Shown: positions 33,601-45,557 of the stretch, piece by piece
Layout: the number at the start of each line of letters is the position of its first letter
Position numbering within the stretch: the stretch's first letter is position 1
NCBI GenBank assembly: GCA_977018835.1
Contig: OZ361259.1
Coordinates: 3,968,001-4,032,000, forward strand
Origin: Minutocellus sp. GHC0000111
Taxonomy: Eukaryota
DNA length: 64,000 nt
Direction of reading: 5' to 3'
Translations under genes and position numbers: made by a program
Notes under the pieces: generated by a model
What the model was told of the DNA's origin: nothing
The model's database searches: none
What the model saw: only the letters and a program-made list of their open reading frames with translations

Positions 33601-34912
33601 CAAGCGATGCTTCCAGCGACCAAGAACTTGACGATGCCATCAACGAGGCTGTTGCAAAGCAGGCAGCTGTTTTCAATGAAGGAAAGAAACCAGAGGAAAG
33701 TTCGGTACCAGCAGCCCCGCCTATCCCGCAGCCACCTGCTCCAATCCAGGAGGCACTACCGTCCGCTTCTGCGTCGCCCCACACCACAAAAGCAGCTGCA
33801 GCCTCAACTACCAAAGTTTCAACGGCGGCAGCCGCTTCCTCCGCTCCAGCAATGGACACGTCCCTCGAGGCCCTACAAATGGAGCACAGTCAGATGCAAG
33901 ACGAGCTGAATAGACAGCAAAGAGACATGGACGCGGTGACGGATGAAATGAAAGAAGAGATTGTTCAGCTTCTTCAGCTTTTTGGAATTCCCTATATCGA
34001 GGCTCCGGCAGAAGCAGAAGCTCAGGCCTGCGCTCTCGAGTCCTTGGGGTTGGTCGATGGAGTGGTTACAGAAGATAGCGACGCCTTTGTATTTGGAGGC
34101 AAGAGGGTCTACAAAAATATATTTGACGACCAGAAATACGTCGAATGTTACGTTTCAAGCGATGCCCAAAGAGATCTTGGCCTTGCCCACAATCACATGA
34201 TTGCTCTCGCAATGCTTTTGGGAGGCGACTATACCGAGGGTGTCAAGGGTGTCGGCATTGTCAATGGTATGGAGGTCCTTCAAGCGTTTGACGTGTCTGC
34301 CGACATCAAGTCTGGTCTGACCAAGTTCCGCCAATGGCTCGATGGTTTCGAGCCCACTGACAACGTGGCAACGCGTACACCAGCGGAGAAGGAGTTCCAC
34401 AACAAACACCGATCGGCCCGTAACCGATGGATTGCCCCCAAGGACTTTCCTAGTCCAAGCGTCCTCACAGCATATCAAAAGCCCGTGGTGGACAAATCCG
34501 ATGCCAGATTCTCATGGGGATTGCCGGACATCGAGGCTCTACGAATATTTTGCGCTCGTAAATTGGCTGGCCGGTAGAGGAGACCGATCGAGTGATACTA
34601 CCGGTGATCAAGGCACTGGAAAGTGCCGGCACAAGACAAACCCGTCTGGAGTCCTATTTTATGCGCTACGAAGATGATATCAAGTTTGCTGATGTCAAGT
34701 CCAAGCGTTTGCAGAGTGTGCTGAGGAAGGTCAAGGGGAGTAGCAACGCCGAAGAGAAGGATTCTGCTTCAAATGATATGGACGAAGAAGCTGAAGTATT
34801 GTTGGATACCGAGGCATCGGGGCCGAAAGACAGCAAGGCCAGCGGCAAGAAACGAAAGAGTAAAACGGGTGAAAAGAAGACCAAGAAGAAGAAGAAGGCG
34901 GCGAGTGCGTAG
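30687..34912 (+). CDS. ERCC5: XPG/Rad2 structure-specific nucleotide excision repair endonuclease
   Basis: N domain MGVKGLW...AIDASIW...PVFVFDG; long acidic spacer; I domain APAEAEAQCA...TEDSDAFVFGG...LGGDYTEGVKGVG; QTRLESYF PIP box; one missing A near 34560. Confidence 0.95.
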
Positions 34913-34972
34913 AGGATGGGATGGGCATGGTAGGAAGGAATCGAGGAGGATATCCACTAGCACACATGAATA

Positions 34973-35923
34973 TCAAACAGCCTTGTCCTTCCTGTTCTTC
35001 TTTCCGACCTTGTAGTACTCATCCAAATTCATGCAAATGTAAGCAATGATGGAACAAAAGGCAACGGTAACAGAGATGAGAATCTTGACAAGACGCTTGA
35101 GCTCCTCGTTCCACTTCTCCGATGTCGCATATGGCTTCTTGGTAGCAACCTCCGCAAAGGCCTTGAATAGGCGACCATAGAGTAGAATCTGAACAGGCGT
35201 CATGTCTTCGGTGTTCATCCTGCTTATGCCCAGGAAGGGGTTTCTCGACCCTCCCAGGTCGTAATTCTTGTCAGACTCGTGAGTAATCAAAATATGGGCG
35301 CTCTGGAGCAGATCATGGTATGCAACCTGAAGCACCTGGTTGAAGTCGTCACCGTGATCCTTGCCTTGGTTGAAAACGTCGACAAAGTGGTCACGGTAGC
35401 TTGTAAGGACCATAATGCAATGGGCAGATGAAGTTTGTCCGATAAAAGTCCGATACATACGATACTCCTCGGTGTTTTTGATAACTACTCCGACGTTCCT
35501 GTCGAGGTCGACGCAGTTCATCGCTGCCTGCACCTGAATGGGCGATAGGTGGCCGATCTGAGGCTTCTTCGGCTCGGACTCGGCAATGTATCCCAAGATG
35601 CGTTCGAGTACGCCGCTCCTGGCGGATGGGTCCATTGCATAGAAGTCCTTGCAAAGGAGGAGAGCCTCCTTGAGCTCCTTGGATGATCCGATCGCTTCAT
35701 ACTGACTCTTGTACCACTCGCGATCCTCCTCGTCGGCGTAGGAGTTGGATATTTCCACGACATTGCAGCTGGAGGACAAGTCGGTGATGGGCTGGTCGAA
35801 GATGATGGGGAGATCGGGCAGGGACTTGGATGGCAACGATGACGCACCTCCACCAGAGGCTTGGGCGGCGCAGTAGATGGCCATAGAGGCAAAGATGGCC
35901 AGAGTGGCAATGGAGATGCGCAT
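34973..35923 (-). CDS. Hypothetical protein with signal peptide and C-terminal TM helix
   Basis: 316-aa ORF; hydrophobic N-terminus MRISIATLAIFASMAIYCAA and hydrophobic C-terminal segment. Confidence 0.75.
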   Translation of the reverse strand: MRISIATLAIFASMAIYCAAQASGGGASSLPSKSLPDLPIIFDQPITDLSSSCNVVEISNSYADEEDREWYKSQYEAIGSSKELKEALLLCKDFYAMDPSARSGVLERILGYIAESEPKKPQIGHLSPIQVQAAMNCVDLDRNVGVVIKNTEEYRMYRTFIGQTSSAHCIMVLTSYRDHFVDVFNQGKDHGDDFNQVLQVAYHDLLQSAHILITHESDKNYDLGGSRNPFLGISRMNTEDMTPVQILLYGRLFKAFAEVATKKPYATSEKWNEELKRLVKILISVTVAFCSIIAYICMNLDEYYKVGKKNRKDKAV

Positions 35924-37125
35924 GATGCTATTGACTGGGGGGTGCTTCTCGAGTTCCTACTATGGAGCAATGCGATCTGCCAATTTAGTAGGAAGTCGTA
36001 GGTCTCGATATGTAACCCGGACCACGAACTCTCGAGAAGCTTCTCGAGAGTTGCTTGCTTTGGATCGATCTCGAACGGGCTGGGATGCGAATTGCGACCG
36101 GAAAAGAACCCACGGTGATAAAGAAACGAAGAACAACTGTTATGTCATTTGGTCCTACTTACCGTAAGTTCACTGGGGACATGCGCAGAATTAATTGTGG
36201 TGCAGTATGTGGCGAGATATCATCACGTCCAGAGACTGGTCAAATCCACACGACGGTGCCTCATTATCATCGAGGAGTGTGGATACCAAGAACGATTACG
36301 ACAGAATTCGCACACAAATTGACTTGCTGCGCATTGATATGTTTCAAATAGTGACTCTACTTTGATCGTGTGGGTGTGAAATGTCAATCGGCGAAGAGGC
36401 AAAATAGTAGTTCATTCAACAATCAACCATCGATCGATTTCCCTGCTGGATACAATAATTGAGGTGATGGAAGTAAAGAGGGAGGATGATTCGAGAGTAA
36501 GCTTTCAGTTCCAATCACCTTGCGAAATTGCATCATGATGTAGCCTATGAATGTTAGTGTCGTTCTTTGTGTTATCAATGATAAAGTGGCATATCTCTTC
36601 TTCACTTGCTTTTTGCTCATCTCAAGCCATCATCTCTTCCATGGCCTTCTTCGACCTTCCAATTCACCAGTATCATCAAGGAGAGCCCCTTCAGCCCATC
36701 CATTGTTCAACGCCAATCAATATACTCCTATGAAACGTGATGGATTCGGATTCGCCTACGACATCGTCGGTCTGTCATATACCTTGGTCATAATTCCAAA
36801 AAAGAGAACTCAAAGTAAAACCAAACCAAAGAAGCATATCTTCACGTACGCAAATGAATATTTGATTTGCAAAACAAGATGAAGGACTAGTAAATCTTAT
36901 TCTACAAAGGCTATATTCTTCTCTTCACATATCGAATGGTGCAGATGAGCATATGCATCGGCCAACGAGCATACGGGACGAAACGTACATGAGTTGACAG
37001 ATATGCAATGACCAAACAAAGCAAAACATCCGATGATACTTCGATTCAAAAATGAATTCTAAAAATGACAAATAATATGATCCCCATCCCCATATATGTA
37101 GTGGATAGCTTGTGAGACGCACTGC

Positions 37126-38142
37126 TCACTGGGCCTCGGCGGCGGGAGGGGCAGCCTCGGCCTTGCCTTCGGGGACGTCGACGGTCTTGACGGTGGGCTC
37201 GGCAGCGTCCTCCTCCTTCTTCTCCTCCTCGACAGAGGCGGGGTCCTTGGGAGGGGTCTTCTGCTTCTTGGTGACCTCCTCGGTGGCGTCCTTGGCGTCC
37301 TCGGCCTTCTCGGGGGACTTGCGCTTGCCGGCGGTGGGGGGGTCCTTCTTCTCGGCCTGGGCATATACAGAAGTGGGAGGATGGAGGGGGTGGTAAAAAT
37401 TCAAGCACAAAATTTTGGTCAGATACATATCGAATTGCACATTTTACCGCCGCCATTTCACCCCCAGCACGGTTGCATACGGTCCCTACCAACCCAAATA
37501 ACTCGATAATGTATCGGGTTGGCCGGTAGGTCACCTCCCAAAGATTCGTCATATTTCACCATTTCACGCACAAACCCGTCATAACAACAAGGACCGGCAC
37601 AAAAATAACTCACCTCCTCGTCCTTCTTGGCCTCGTCGCCGTCCTTGGGAGCCTCGTCGGCGACCTTGTCGTCCTTGTCGGTCATCTTGGCGTCGTCCTT
37701 GGGGGCATCCTCGGTGGCCTTGGCCTCGTCGTCCTTCTTGGGGGCGGCATCATCGGCGGGAGGGGCGGCGGTCTCGTCGGCACCGTCCTTCTTGTCCTCG
37801 ACGGTCTTGGCCTCGTCGGCCTTCTTCTCGTCGGCGGGAACCTCGGTGGCGGTGGCGGCGGCCTTGCCCTCCATCTTCTTGGACTGATGATGGTTGTTTG
37901 GGTTGTGGGGAAGGGAGAAGATGGGGTGAGAGTTGATCATAATTGTACGACCTTCCATCCTCCTCCATGGCGATCTTTGGGTTTGTGTTTTGAGAAAAAT
38001 TTGGCCGGCGAAATGAATTGACGATAGATCGACAGGCGGCAGGACGCCGCGCTGGCAATGGTCATGCACGGCCTAATATGGGTCGAATACTCACGTCGTC
38101 GGCGGGGGCGGGGGCAGCGGGGGCAGCAGCGTCGGTGGACAT
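37126..38142 (-). CDS. Low-complexity Ala/Asp/Glu/Lys-rich protein, 3 exons
   Basis: Exons 38142..38095, 37883..37614 and 37356..37126 with GTGAGT donors and CAG acceptors, all phase 0; strong C/G third-position bias; KRKSP...KKQK NLS-like motif. Confidence 0.8.
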
Positions 38143-38534
38143 GGTTGATAACTGGAGGAGGGTTGGGCTTTGGTTCGGAGCTCGAAAAATGAGAAATGAG
38201 CAAAGCAAGGCGCGAAAGCAAGCAAGGCAAAAACGCGCGGCGAAGATCTGCGCGAGGTCTGGAGGTCGCCACCTCGTACGTGTTTTTTTCGATTGCTAAC
38301 GAGCGAGCAAATTCCAATTGAAATCTCACTCTGCCTGGCGCGCCTTTTTGGCCGACTGAAGTCAGTGGAACATCCTGGAACGAGCAAGGCAGTGCGAACC
38401 ATGAATGCTTGCTTGTATCGCAAGCAGTTCTCTCCAAGTTCGTTTGTGCAAAAAGCCTCTTGAAATTGCCTCGATTGCTCGAGAGACTCTGGGCACAGAA
38501 CCAAAATCATCTCAAAAGTGACACAAAATATAGC

Positions 38535-39776
38535 ATGCTGAAACGTCGCTTCACCCTTCGTTCGTCGGCTACAATCTCTGCGGTCTTTTCCATCCTACTT
38601 TTTGCCATCACTGCTGGCGCCGAAACTATCGATGTTTCATTCCCCTCGTTCGATAATTTTATGCTGGAGGGAACGTTCTACCTTCCCTTGGAACCTTCGG
38701 ACACAAGTACTGCTCCTGGCGTAGTTCTCATTCATGGGTCAGGACCACAAAGTCGGGAAGCAAATCTCAACGGCCAAGTAGGCATGGCATTTCCCACCAC
38801 CATCCCGGCCTTTGTGGAGATAGCCACCGAGCTGCAGAAACTGGGCATAGCAGTGCTCACGTATGACAAGCGGTCTTGTGGCACTTTCAATAATTGCTAC
38901 AACAACAGCTACCCGATGCCCGAGCAAATTGACTCCATTGATGTCTTTCTATCGGATGCACTGTCGGCACTGGAGTACCTGCAAAGTCGAGAAGAAGTGG
39001 ACTCGGGTAGGGTAGTACCAATTGGTCATAGTCAGGCTGGCTCGTACATGCCCATATTGCTGAGAGATGGACCAGAGGGCATCGTTGGAGGAGTTGTACT
39101 CCAGGGACCGTTCCATCCGGTAGACGAATTGGTTGCATATCAGCTCAATTATACTCTCCAACTTGTTGAAGATCTGTATGGACTAAATGCCACAGATGCT
39201 ATGAGCATGCCGCAAATTGCCGGTATTGTCCAATTTGCGGAAAGTGCTGCGGAAAGTGTTGCGGCCATCCGCGACGGTACGTCGGACGAGGCCTTTGGTG
39301 GCGCATCGGCGTCGTTTTGGCGTTCTTGGTTCCAATTATCAGACGAGGCCCCGGCAGCCGCAGCCGTTGTGGAGCAACCTCTCTTCATTCTGAATGGAGA
39401 GCTGGATACAAATGTACCGGTAAAAGAAGCTTACGCCTGGGAGGAACATCTTGTTGAATCTGGGAAGACCAATTTTGACGTCCAGATTTTAGACTGTGTG
39501 ACCCATGCGCTGAACTGTCTGGCTGAGAGCGACGTTACCGAATTGGACCCCGCAATCGACATTGGAAGCGAGGTAGACCAGAGAGTTCACGATGCCCTCG
39601 CAGAATTTGTGTTGAGGGTGACTTCAGTAGCAGACGGAGATGAAGATGATGAAGATGATAACAACGAAAATCCAGGAAGTGATACAACTTCTTCTGCCAA
39701 TTTCTCTATGTTACGGCCAGACATTTCTATCCTCCTTTTGACTGCTTTGTTTCTGCTAACCGGAATTGGTTCATAA
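38535..39776 (+). CDS. Secreted or GPI-anchored alpha/beta hydrolase
   Basis: Signal peptide; VLIHGSGP, YDKR, nucleophile GHSQAG, NGELDTNV, VTHAL; hydrophobic C-terminal tail. Confidence 0.88.
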   Translation: MLKRRFTLRSSATISAVFSILLFAITAGAETIDVSFPSFDNFMLEGTFYLPLEPSDTSTAPGVVLIHGSGPQSREANLNGQVGMAFPTTIPAFVEIATELQKLGIAVLTYDKRSCGTFNNCYNNSYPMPEQIDSIDVFLSDALSALEYLQSREEVDSGRVVPIGHSQAGSYMPILLRDGPEGIVGGVVLQGPFHPVDELVAYQLNYTLQLVEDLYGLNATDAMSMPQIAGIVQFAESAAESVAAIRDGTSDEAFGGASASFWRSWFQLSDEAPAAAAVVEQPLFILNGELDTNVPVKEAYAWEEHLVESGKTNFDVQILDCVTHALNCLAESDVTELDPAIDIGSEVDQRVHDALAEFVLRVTSVADGDEDDEDDNNENPGSDTTSSANFSMLRPDISILLLTALFLLTGIGS

Positions 39777-39901
39777 ATACCATGGTACTTGCTGATTTGT
39801 AATGTGATTTATAAATAATACTCAGGCTCTCTTGGTTTCACGCCATCTTGATTTCAACTTAAAATAAATATATTTAATTGTTCCTGCTGAGATCTATCTA
39901 T

Positions 39902-40777
39902 CTATCTCCTCCCAATCGCCTCTGCAAATGTTTTGGCAATTATAGCAAAGGATTCGTCCTTTGGGTGGCAACCATCGCAAGTAAGAAATGGGTCCATATC
40001 GATGCCGCCCAGAGCGGACCAGGTGTCAATGATCCCATCCACATTGGCATATGAGGCAATATCTCGAATTAGGACGGGATAAATGGTATCTTCTGAAGAC
40101 ATGTTGAATGGCGGTGTAAGGTCGGGGTGGCCAGGTGGATGTGTCAGCGGTGGAGGAATGGCGACATAAATTTTCGGCCTACTTGGAAGGTTCCGAAACA
40201 TATTGATCATGTCAAGATATGCTTCCCTGTACGCCACACCCACACCTTTGGGTGATCCGTTTCGATCTGTCGAATAGAAATTGCAATACCTGGCATCGTT
40301 CGTTCCCAGCATAATCGTCACAATGTCAGGTGAGGAGTGCAAGGCATTTGCAAAGGTATCTTGGTGCCAATAGGAGCAATCCCCACTGCACTGGGGAATC
40401 GGTTCCCCACCATTTCCACACAATCCTTCTTTCAGCATGGTTTTGCCGCTATCACCATAATTTTCTACAATGTACCGCGCACCCAAAAGTCTCTGAAGCT
40501 GCGATGGGTAGGTCATGGATTCGTTGCTGGCGCAACCACGAAAAGTAATGCTATCTCCAACGCAAGAAACTCGTATCATATCATTCCGACCATCACCCTT
40601 TCGCCGTCTGCTGATGCTGTCGAGCAGCTTCGAAATCAGCGTGCCATCTAACGCCCCAATGGATCGATCGATGACATCGATGGCAGGGACGTGTCCATTG
40701 CTATTGATATTGAAAGCAATGAGGAAGACAAAGAAGGCTAATGAAAGGAGATGGGAGAGGATAAAGGCCATCGACAT
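39902..40777 (-). CDS. SGNH/GDSL esterase-lipase
   Basis: VGDSIT block I, NYGDSG block II, LGTNDA block III, DGCHP block V; frame open upstream to 40891. Confidence 0.9.
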   Translation of the reverse strand: MSMAFILSHLLSLAFFVFLIAFNINSNGHVPAIDVIDRSIGALDGTLISKLLDSISRRRKGDGRNDMIRVSCVGDSITFRGCASNESMTYPSQLQRLLGARYIVENYGDSGKTMLKEGLCGNGGEPIPQCSGDCSYWHQDTFANALHSSPDIVTIMLGTNDARYCNFYSTDRNGSPKGVGVAYREAYLDMINMFRNLPSRPKIYVAIPPPLTHPPGHPDLTPPFNMSSEDTIYPVLIRDIASYANVDGIIDTWSALGGIDMDPFLTCDGCHPKDESFAIIAKTFAEAIGRR

Positions 40778-41029
40778 GAATGATGATTTCGTGGCCAGAC
40801 AAGAGAAGAGTCTATTACCAATTGGTATCTGAGATTTGCAAGATTTGCCGTATCTTTTTGGATCTTGACGATCGGGCGACGACCAGACCAAAACGCACTC
40901 TCAAAAGATTTGTCATGAGATTTTTCCGAAAAGTCGGAAACTAAGGAGTACTTTTGTTGTGACTCTGTCGTCACTTCCAGCACGAAGCCAAATAGCGACG
41001 TGCTGCAGTGCCACCCTCCAGCTTTGACG

Positions 41030-42015
41030 ATGATTCGCCGACTAGTCAACCTTCTTGCCGTCCTTTTGTGCCTTCTGGTCGCCCCCTGCCAGATTACCGA
41101 GGCAAAGAAACAACGGAATGCCCCGCACGAACACAAGGTGGGCCGGTCCAGAGGGATGCCGATTGATGACGCGCTGTTCGGCCGTCAGTGACGTTTTGCT
41201 TGGATGCATGGAAACTTGCCTCATTTTTCACTCCTATCCTACATTCTTTCAAATACATAGGGCAAGCTCACACCCTACAGTCCCGGTCCATTCGATGTGC
41301 TCAAGCTGGGTCCCAAGGATGAGGACGCTCTGTCGAAGGATAAGGCTGTGATGAAGCAAATCCCAGGTGAAGGTGGTGGTAACGAGGGCGGTCGGGCGAT
41401 TTGCATCCAGGACGTCAACGCACCCAAGGAGGCGGTGTGGAATCAGATCCTTGACCTCGATCACTACGTTGGGAAGGTTAACAAGCTGAAGGAGTGCAAG
41501 AATTACTTTGTGAAGAAGAATGCCGACGGCACTTCGACGATCAAGACCAAGATGGTGGTCGGCGTCATCCCTGGATACTCGGTGAGTTGCTTGTGATATT
41601 ATACGGGACAATTCTTCCGTTTTCTTCTCTGTATATTTGCATTTTGGCTAATAATTCATTTTTCTTCCCCTACCTTTCAATTCAGTATGAATACTACTGT
41701 GATCACGTCTATTCCCCGGAGCATGATTCGGTCACCTGGACACTCGATTACGACAAACTTTCGGACTTTGACGATGTGGCGGGACATTGGCATCTCGAAG
41801 ACCACCCCACCAAGCCTGGCTGCACCCGCGTCTTTTATGCCTGTGATATCAAATTCAAGCGTGCGGTACCGGGTCCTGTGATGAAATTTCTGACCAAGTC
41901 TGCATTGAAGCAGGCCACGTCTTGGGTGAAGAGGGAGAGCGAAAGCAAGCCTCAAGCCTGTATTCCGAAGGAATTCGCGGTAGCGTTTGTGCCTACGTAC
42001 AGGCCCAAGTGTTAA
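41030..42015 (+). CDS. Secreted SRPBCC (START / polyketide cyclase-like) domain protein, 3 exons
   Basis: Exons 41030..41137, 41261..41581 and 41686..42015 with canonical GT-AG; VNAPKEAVWNQILDLDHY...WTLDY...GHW pattern. Confidence 0.8.
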
Positions 42016-42228
42016 TGGTTGTACTACTCTGTGAAGAGGGAGAGCATGCGCATAGTATCTTGGATATAAGCTATATAAAGCGCAGACTTTTGATAAACCC
42101 ATGAAAACAGTGTAGATAGGGCGCAGAATGCTGTTGTAGCCAAACTCAATATCTTTATGAGCATAAGTCAAAAGTTGTAGTGTGGGAGAATGAGGTTTTC
42201 ATAATTCAAGTTAGTTTTGCAACAACCT

Positions 42229-43740
42229 TTACAAACTGATTGGCCCGATGCCAGTTGTCAAAAAGTATGGGTGGAGCAATATCTGCGTAATGCCAGGTCG
42301 CTTGTCCGGGTTTAATACCAGGCATTGCTTGATAAGATCTCTCAATCTCCCATCGGGGACATCGCTGACATCGGGATCAAAGCTCGGGGCTCGCAGTATC
42401 TTGGTAATCTGAGCTGGAGATTTGCCCTCAGAGTATGTTCGGCCGGTGGAAAGTTCATACATCAGCATGCCGAAGCTCCAAATATCGTAGTGATAGTCCA
42501 CTCGAAATTCCAGGCCGCGTCCAGCCAAGTATTCCTCGGCAAATTCAGGTGGGCAGGCTTCGGGACTGTAATCCATTGGTGGCCCTCCCATCGGCACCAC
42601 TGATTCCAAGTCGATGCCCTTGACACCATCGAAGCTACCCTCGCCGATTGAATCGGAAACAACGACAAAGTTTTCGGCCTTCAAATCGGTCCACACCAAA
42701 TTGGACGTGTGCATTGCTTGGATGCATTGTGCCAGGGCCACACCAGCCTGTCGCAGACTCTTCCCGGTGAGTCCCTGGTTCATTCGAGCAGTCATGACAT
42801 CCTTGAGGTTGCGATTGCCAGACTCCAAGATGAGGGCAGCACCCGATACGCCCTTACCCTGGGCATCGGGCAGATATTCGACCTTCTTGACAAAAGACCC
42901 GCTGAACAAACCACCGGTGACCTTGTCGTAATTGGCACTCTCCTGCTCCAACCGATCGAAGTTGCTGGAAAGCTTCACGGTCAGTCTGGGTCCGGTGGGA
43001 AGTCCATCCTCATCGGCCTTGTAGGCATTGTATATCTGCGATTTGCCCGATGTACTTCGGAGCATGTTGCCCGATAGCAGATACCGACCGTTGCCCACCT
43101 CCTTGCCATTGAGACCAAAGTCGATCTTGGCCTGACGCACTCGTTCTTTGATAGAGGGACCGGCCGGTGCAGCAGCTGCTGCCTTTGCTACCGGAGCAGG
43201 GGCAGGGGCAGGAGCTGCCTTCTTGGCAGCTGCAGCCTGCTTCTTGGCGGCGGTAGCCGCTGCCTTTTCCTCGGCGGCCTGCTTCTTGGCCAGTGCTGCA
43301 GCCTCTCTCGCGGCAGCCTGCTCGGCCTTCTTGGCCGCAGCCTCGGCAGCCTTGCGATCCTTCTCCATCTGCTTCATCGTGGCCTCACTCAGACCCAGCT
43401 TGTACTTGGATCCTGATTCCGTCGTTACAATCTTATTGTCGGCCAGAGATTTCGGGTCGCTGAGGGGGCTGGTCGTTATCAGATCCCCGTCGGGAAGTGT
43501 CGGGTGGTTGCTCACCACTCCCAAGAGCTCACCCTTTCGACTTATGCGCCAGCCATCGACGACTGGCACGCCAGCCATCATGACGATATTCTGTCTACTA
43601 CTTCTGGAAGAGGAAGGCCCATTGGCATGCCGATGGAGTTGTTGAGAGGAAGTTCCGACGAAAGTAGATGAGGTGGAAGTGAAGGCGGTCACTGATGACG
43701 ATGCCGACAAAGCCAGCAGAGCCGATACGGAGAGCTTCAT
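42229..43740 (-). CDS. Plastid-targeted Ser/Thr protein kinase-like protein
   Basis: Signal peptide with VTA-F cleavage motif and Ser-rich transit peptide; VWTDLKAEN, IDLES, YSPEACPPE, DIWSFG. Confidence 0.88.
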   Translation of the reverse strand: MKLSVSALLALSASSSVTAFTSTSSTFVGTSSQQLHRHANGPSSSRSSRQNIVMMAGVPVVDGWRISRKGELLGVVSNHPTLPDGDLITTSPLSDPKSLADNKIVTTESGSKYKLGLSEATMKQMEKDRKAAEAAAKKAEQAAAREAAALAKKQAAEEKAAATAAKKQAAAAKKAAPAPAPAPVAKAAAAAPAGPSIKERVRQAKIDFGLNGKEVGNGRYLLSGNMLRSTSGKSQIYNAYKADEDGLPTGPRLTVKLSSNFDRLEQESANYDKVTGGLFSGSFVKKVEYLPDAQGKGVSGAALILESGNRNLKDVMTARMNQGLTGKSLRQAGVALAQCIQAMHTSNLVWTDLKAENFVVVSDSIGEGSFDGVKGIDLESVVPMGGPPMDYSPEACPPEFAEEYLAGRGLEFRVDYHYDIWSFGMLMYELSTGRTYSEGKSPAQITKILRAPSFDPDVSDVPDGRLRDLIKQCLVLNPDKRPGITQILLHPYFLTTGIGPISL

Positions 43741-43948
43741 GATGAGCGTAAATATCTAGCTAGGCGGCAGAGATAGACGGCAACACAATAGGATTGCTTG
43801 ACTTCCAGACTTTGCGGCGCAACTTGACTTCGTTCCTTCGTTTGAAGAATGACAGTGATTTCTGACGAATGCGTCTGTCCTTCGCCCTGGATATGGCTTC
43901 AACAACATCGCATGCGCAGTCAGCTTCATTTCTCGACGAGCAAGAACA

Positions 43949-45487
43949 ATGAAGATACCGCTGGAGATCCTTGCCACTGTGGCGCTGTTCTTGCGGTCGT
44001 CTGAGGCATTTGTCCCTGCGTCTAGCTTGCCTTCCTCTGTTGGAAGTAGCGCTCATGATGTGCTGCACCAGAGTAGCTGTCTGATTCCAAGCCACAGCAA
44101 CAGCAGCGAAAGACAGCGTCCCCTCTCCCTTCTCAGTGCTACATTATCATCCTCGGCATTCGACGAAAAGCAAAAGGACTTTACCATTGGGTATCTCAAC
44201 AAGCATCATGGTGATCTCCTCACTTCCTTTGCCATTGCCTTCACGGAGCTCGGTGCCGAGATGACCAAACGCAATCGATTTAGTGGTGGGTCCTTCAAGA
44301 TCTTGGACGCCACGCTGGTCGACGTGTCGGCTGACTCCATTACGTTGGATGTGACTGTCAAGGATAGAGAGAAGAAGGACCCGTCAGTGGAGCGTGTGGA
44401 ATGTTCGTTGGATGCCACTGTGGTCAAGGGTGCACCCGGTGGGTTCAAAGATCTGCCCCTCGTTCCACCAGCCAAAGAAGGAACTGCATCTTCCATTGAT
44501 CAGTTCGTTCGGCGCATGAATCGATTGTGCGCCATCGTCAAACAACCTGCAGTGACAGGAAAACTTATTCAACTTGGACTGCAAATTCAACCCGAGGGCA
44601 ATCGAGTGGGAGAAGTCAAGGAGAACATGTTTCTAAACCAAGTGCCTCACAATAGATTTGTTCGTCAATACTTTTATGATATGGCAGCCGAAGCAGCACT
44701 GGAGGCCGTGATTGCCTGTTCGGAAGGAAAGATATCCAATCGAATGAAAATACAAATGATGTTTCCCGAGATGAATCCAGGGATGGACAGTTATCGGATT
44801 GGCACACTGCTCGAGTTGACTAGGCAGGTTGCAATACATTTGGTCGAGCAAAATCTTCGGGTCAGAGTTTGTGTACAAGGATCGATGGGAGTCGGAATAT
44901 TCACAGGCACCCCGAAACAATTCAATGGGGTGGCCACTCTCCTCCAACGTATGGACTGGCAGGCGGGGGAAGGCGAAGAGAATGAAGGTATACTTGGTGA
45001 TTATATCAGATTTGGTGCAATTGGAAAGGACCACGTAATGAATGAGCATACTGATCGCGATGGCAATAAGATCGAGCAGGACGATGTTTTCCTTTTGATT
45101 TGTCCACAAAATATGGTGGGTCTGGAATCTAGCATCATTCCTTACATGCAAGAAATGGTGGAGGCCGCAGGTGATCGCCCGGTGATACTCATCAACCCTG
45201 ATCTTACTGATAAGGTATCTAGTCAGGGCCAGCAGAGCGTTCGTGGTCGACAAGAACGCCTCGACTTTGCCGATTCATTTGTGCCCATATATGAGTTTTC
45301 AAATATTTACGTCAGTGGTACATCTTACTTCCCCATCCTTGGATCAATTTTCAAGAAGAGTATCAGTGCACCTTGGGTGGCTCATCAACGACGAGACCTG
45401 ACCAATGGAGATGAGAGATACATTCCGATTCTGTGTACAGAGGAGCGTCCAGATGGAGAGCTTATCATGGATACTTTTGATATCTAG
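43949..45487 (+). CDS. Plastid-targeted protein, DUF1995/LPA3-like with N-terminal DUF2470-like domain
   Basis: SEA-FVP presequence; YLNKHHGDLL; FPEMNP..DSYRIGTLLE, VCVQGSMGVGIFTG, RPVILINPDL motifs. Confidence 0.75.
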   Translation: MKIPLEILATVALFLRSSEAFVPASSLPSSVGSSAHDVLHQSSCLIPSHSNSSERQRPLSLLSATLSSSAFDEKQKDFTIGYLNKHHGDLLTSFAIAFTELGAEMTKRNRFSGGSFKILDATLVDVSADSITLDVTVKDREKKDPSVERVECSLDATVVKGAPGGFKDLPLVPPAKEGTASSIDQFVRRMNRLCAIVKQPAVTGKLIQLGLQIQPEGNRVGEVKENMFLNQVPHNRFVRQYFYDMAAEAALEAVIACSEGKISNRMKIQMMFPEMNPGMDSYRIGTLLELTRQVAIHLVEQNLRVRVCVQGSMGVGIFTGTPKQFNGVATLLQRMDWQAGEGEENEGILGDYIRFGAIGKDHVMNEHTDRDGNKIEQDDVFLLICPQNMVGLESSIIPYMQEMVEAAGDRPVILINPDLTDKVSSQGQQSVRGRQERLDFADSFVPIYEFSNIYVSGTSYFPILGSIFKKSISAPWVAHQRRDLTNGDERYIPILCTEERPDGELIMDTFDI

Positions 45488-45557
45488 TAGCTACATGTGT
45501 ACATGTAGCTACTCTAGTAGAAATAGATTCCTACATAAGAAAATTTCTTTCAAATAT

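Noticed and set aside
2107..34563. Frameshifts in kinesin, XPG and both transposase copies as pseudogenisation or programmed frameshifting
   Set aside because: Nearly all are single-base losses in homopolymer runs, including in a conserved repair gene; systematic long-read consensus error is the simpler explanation.
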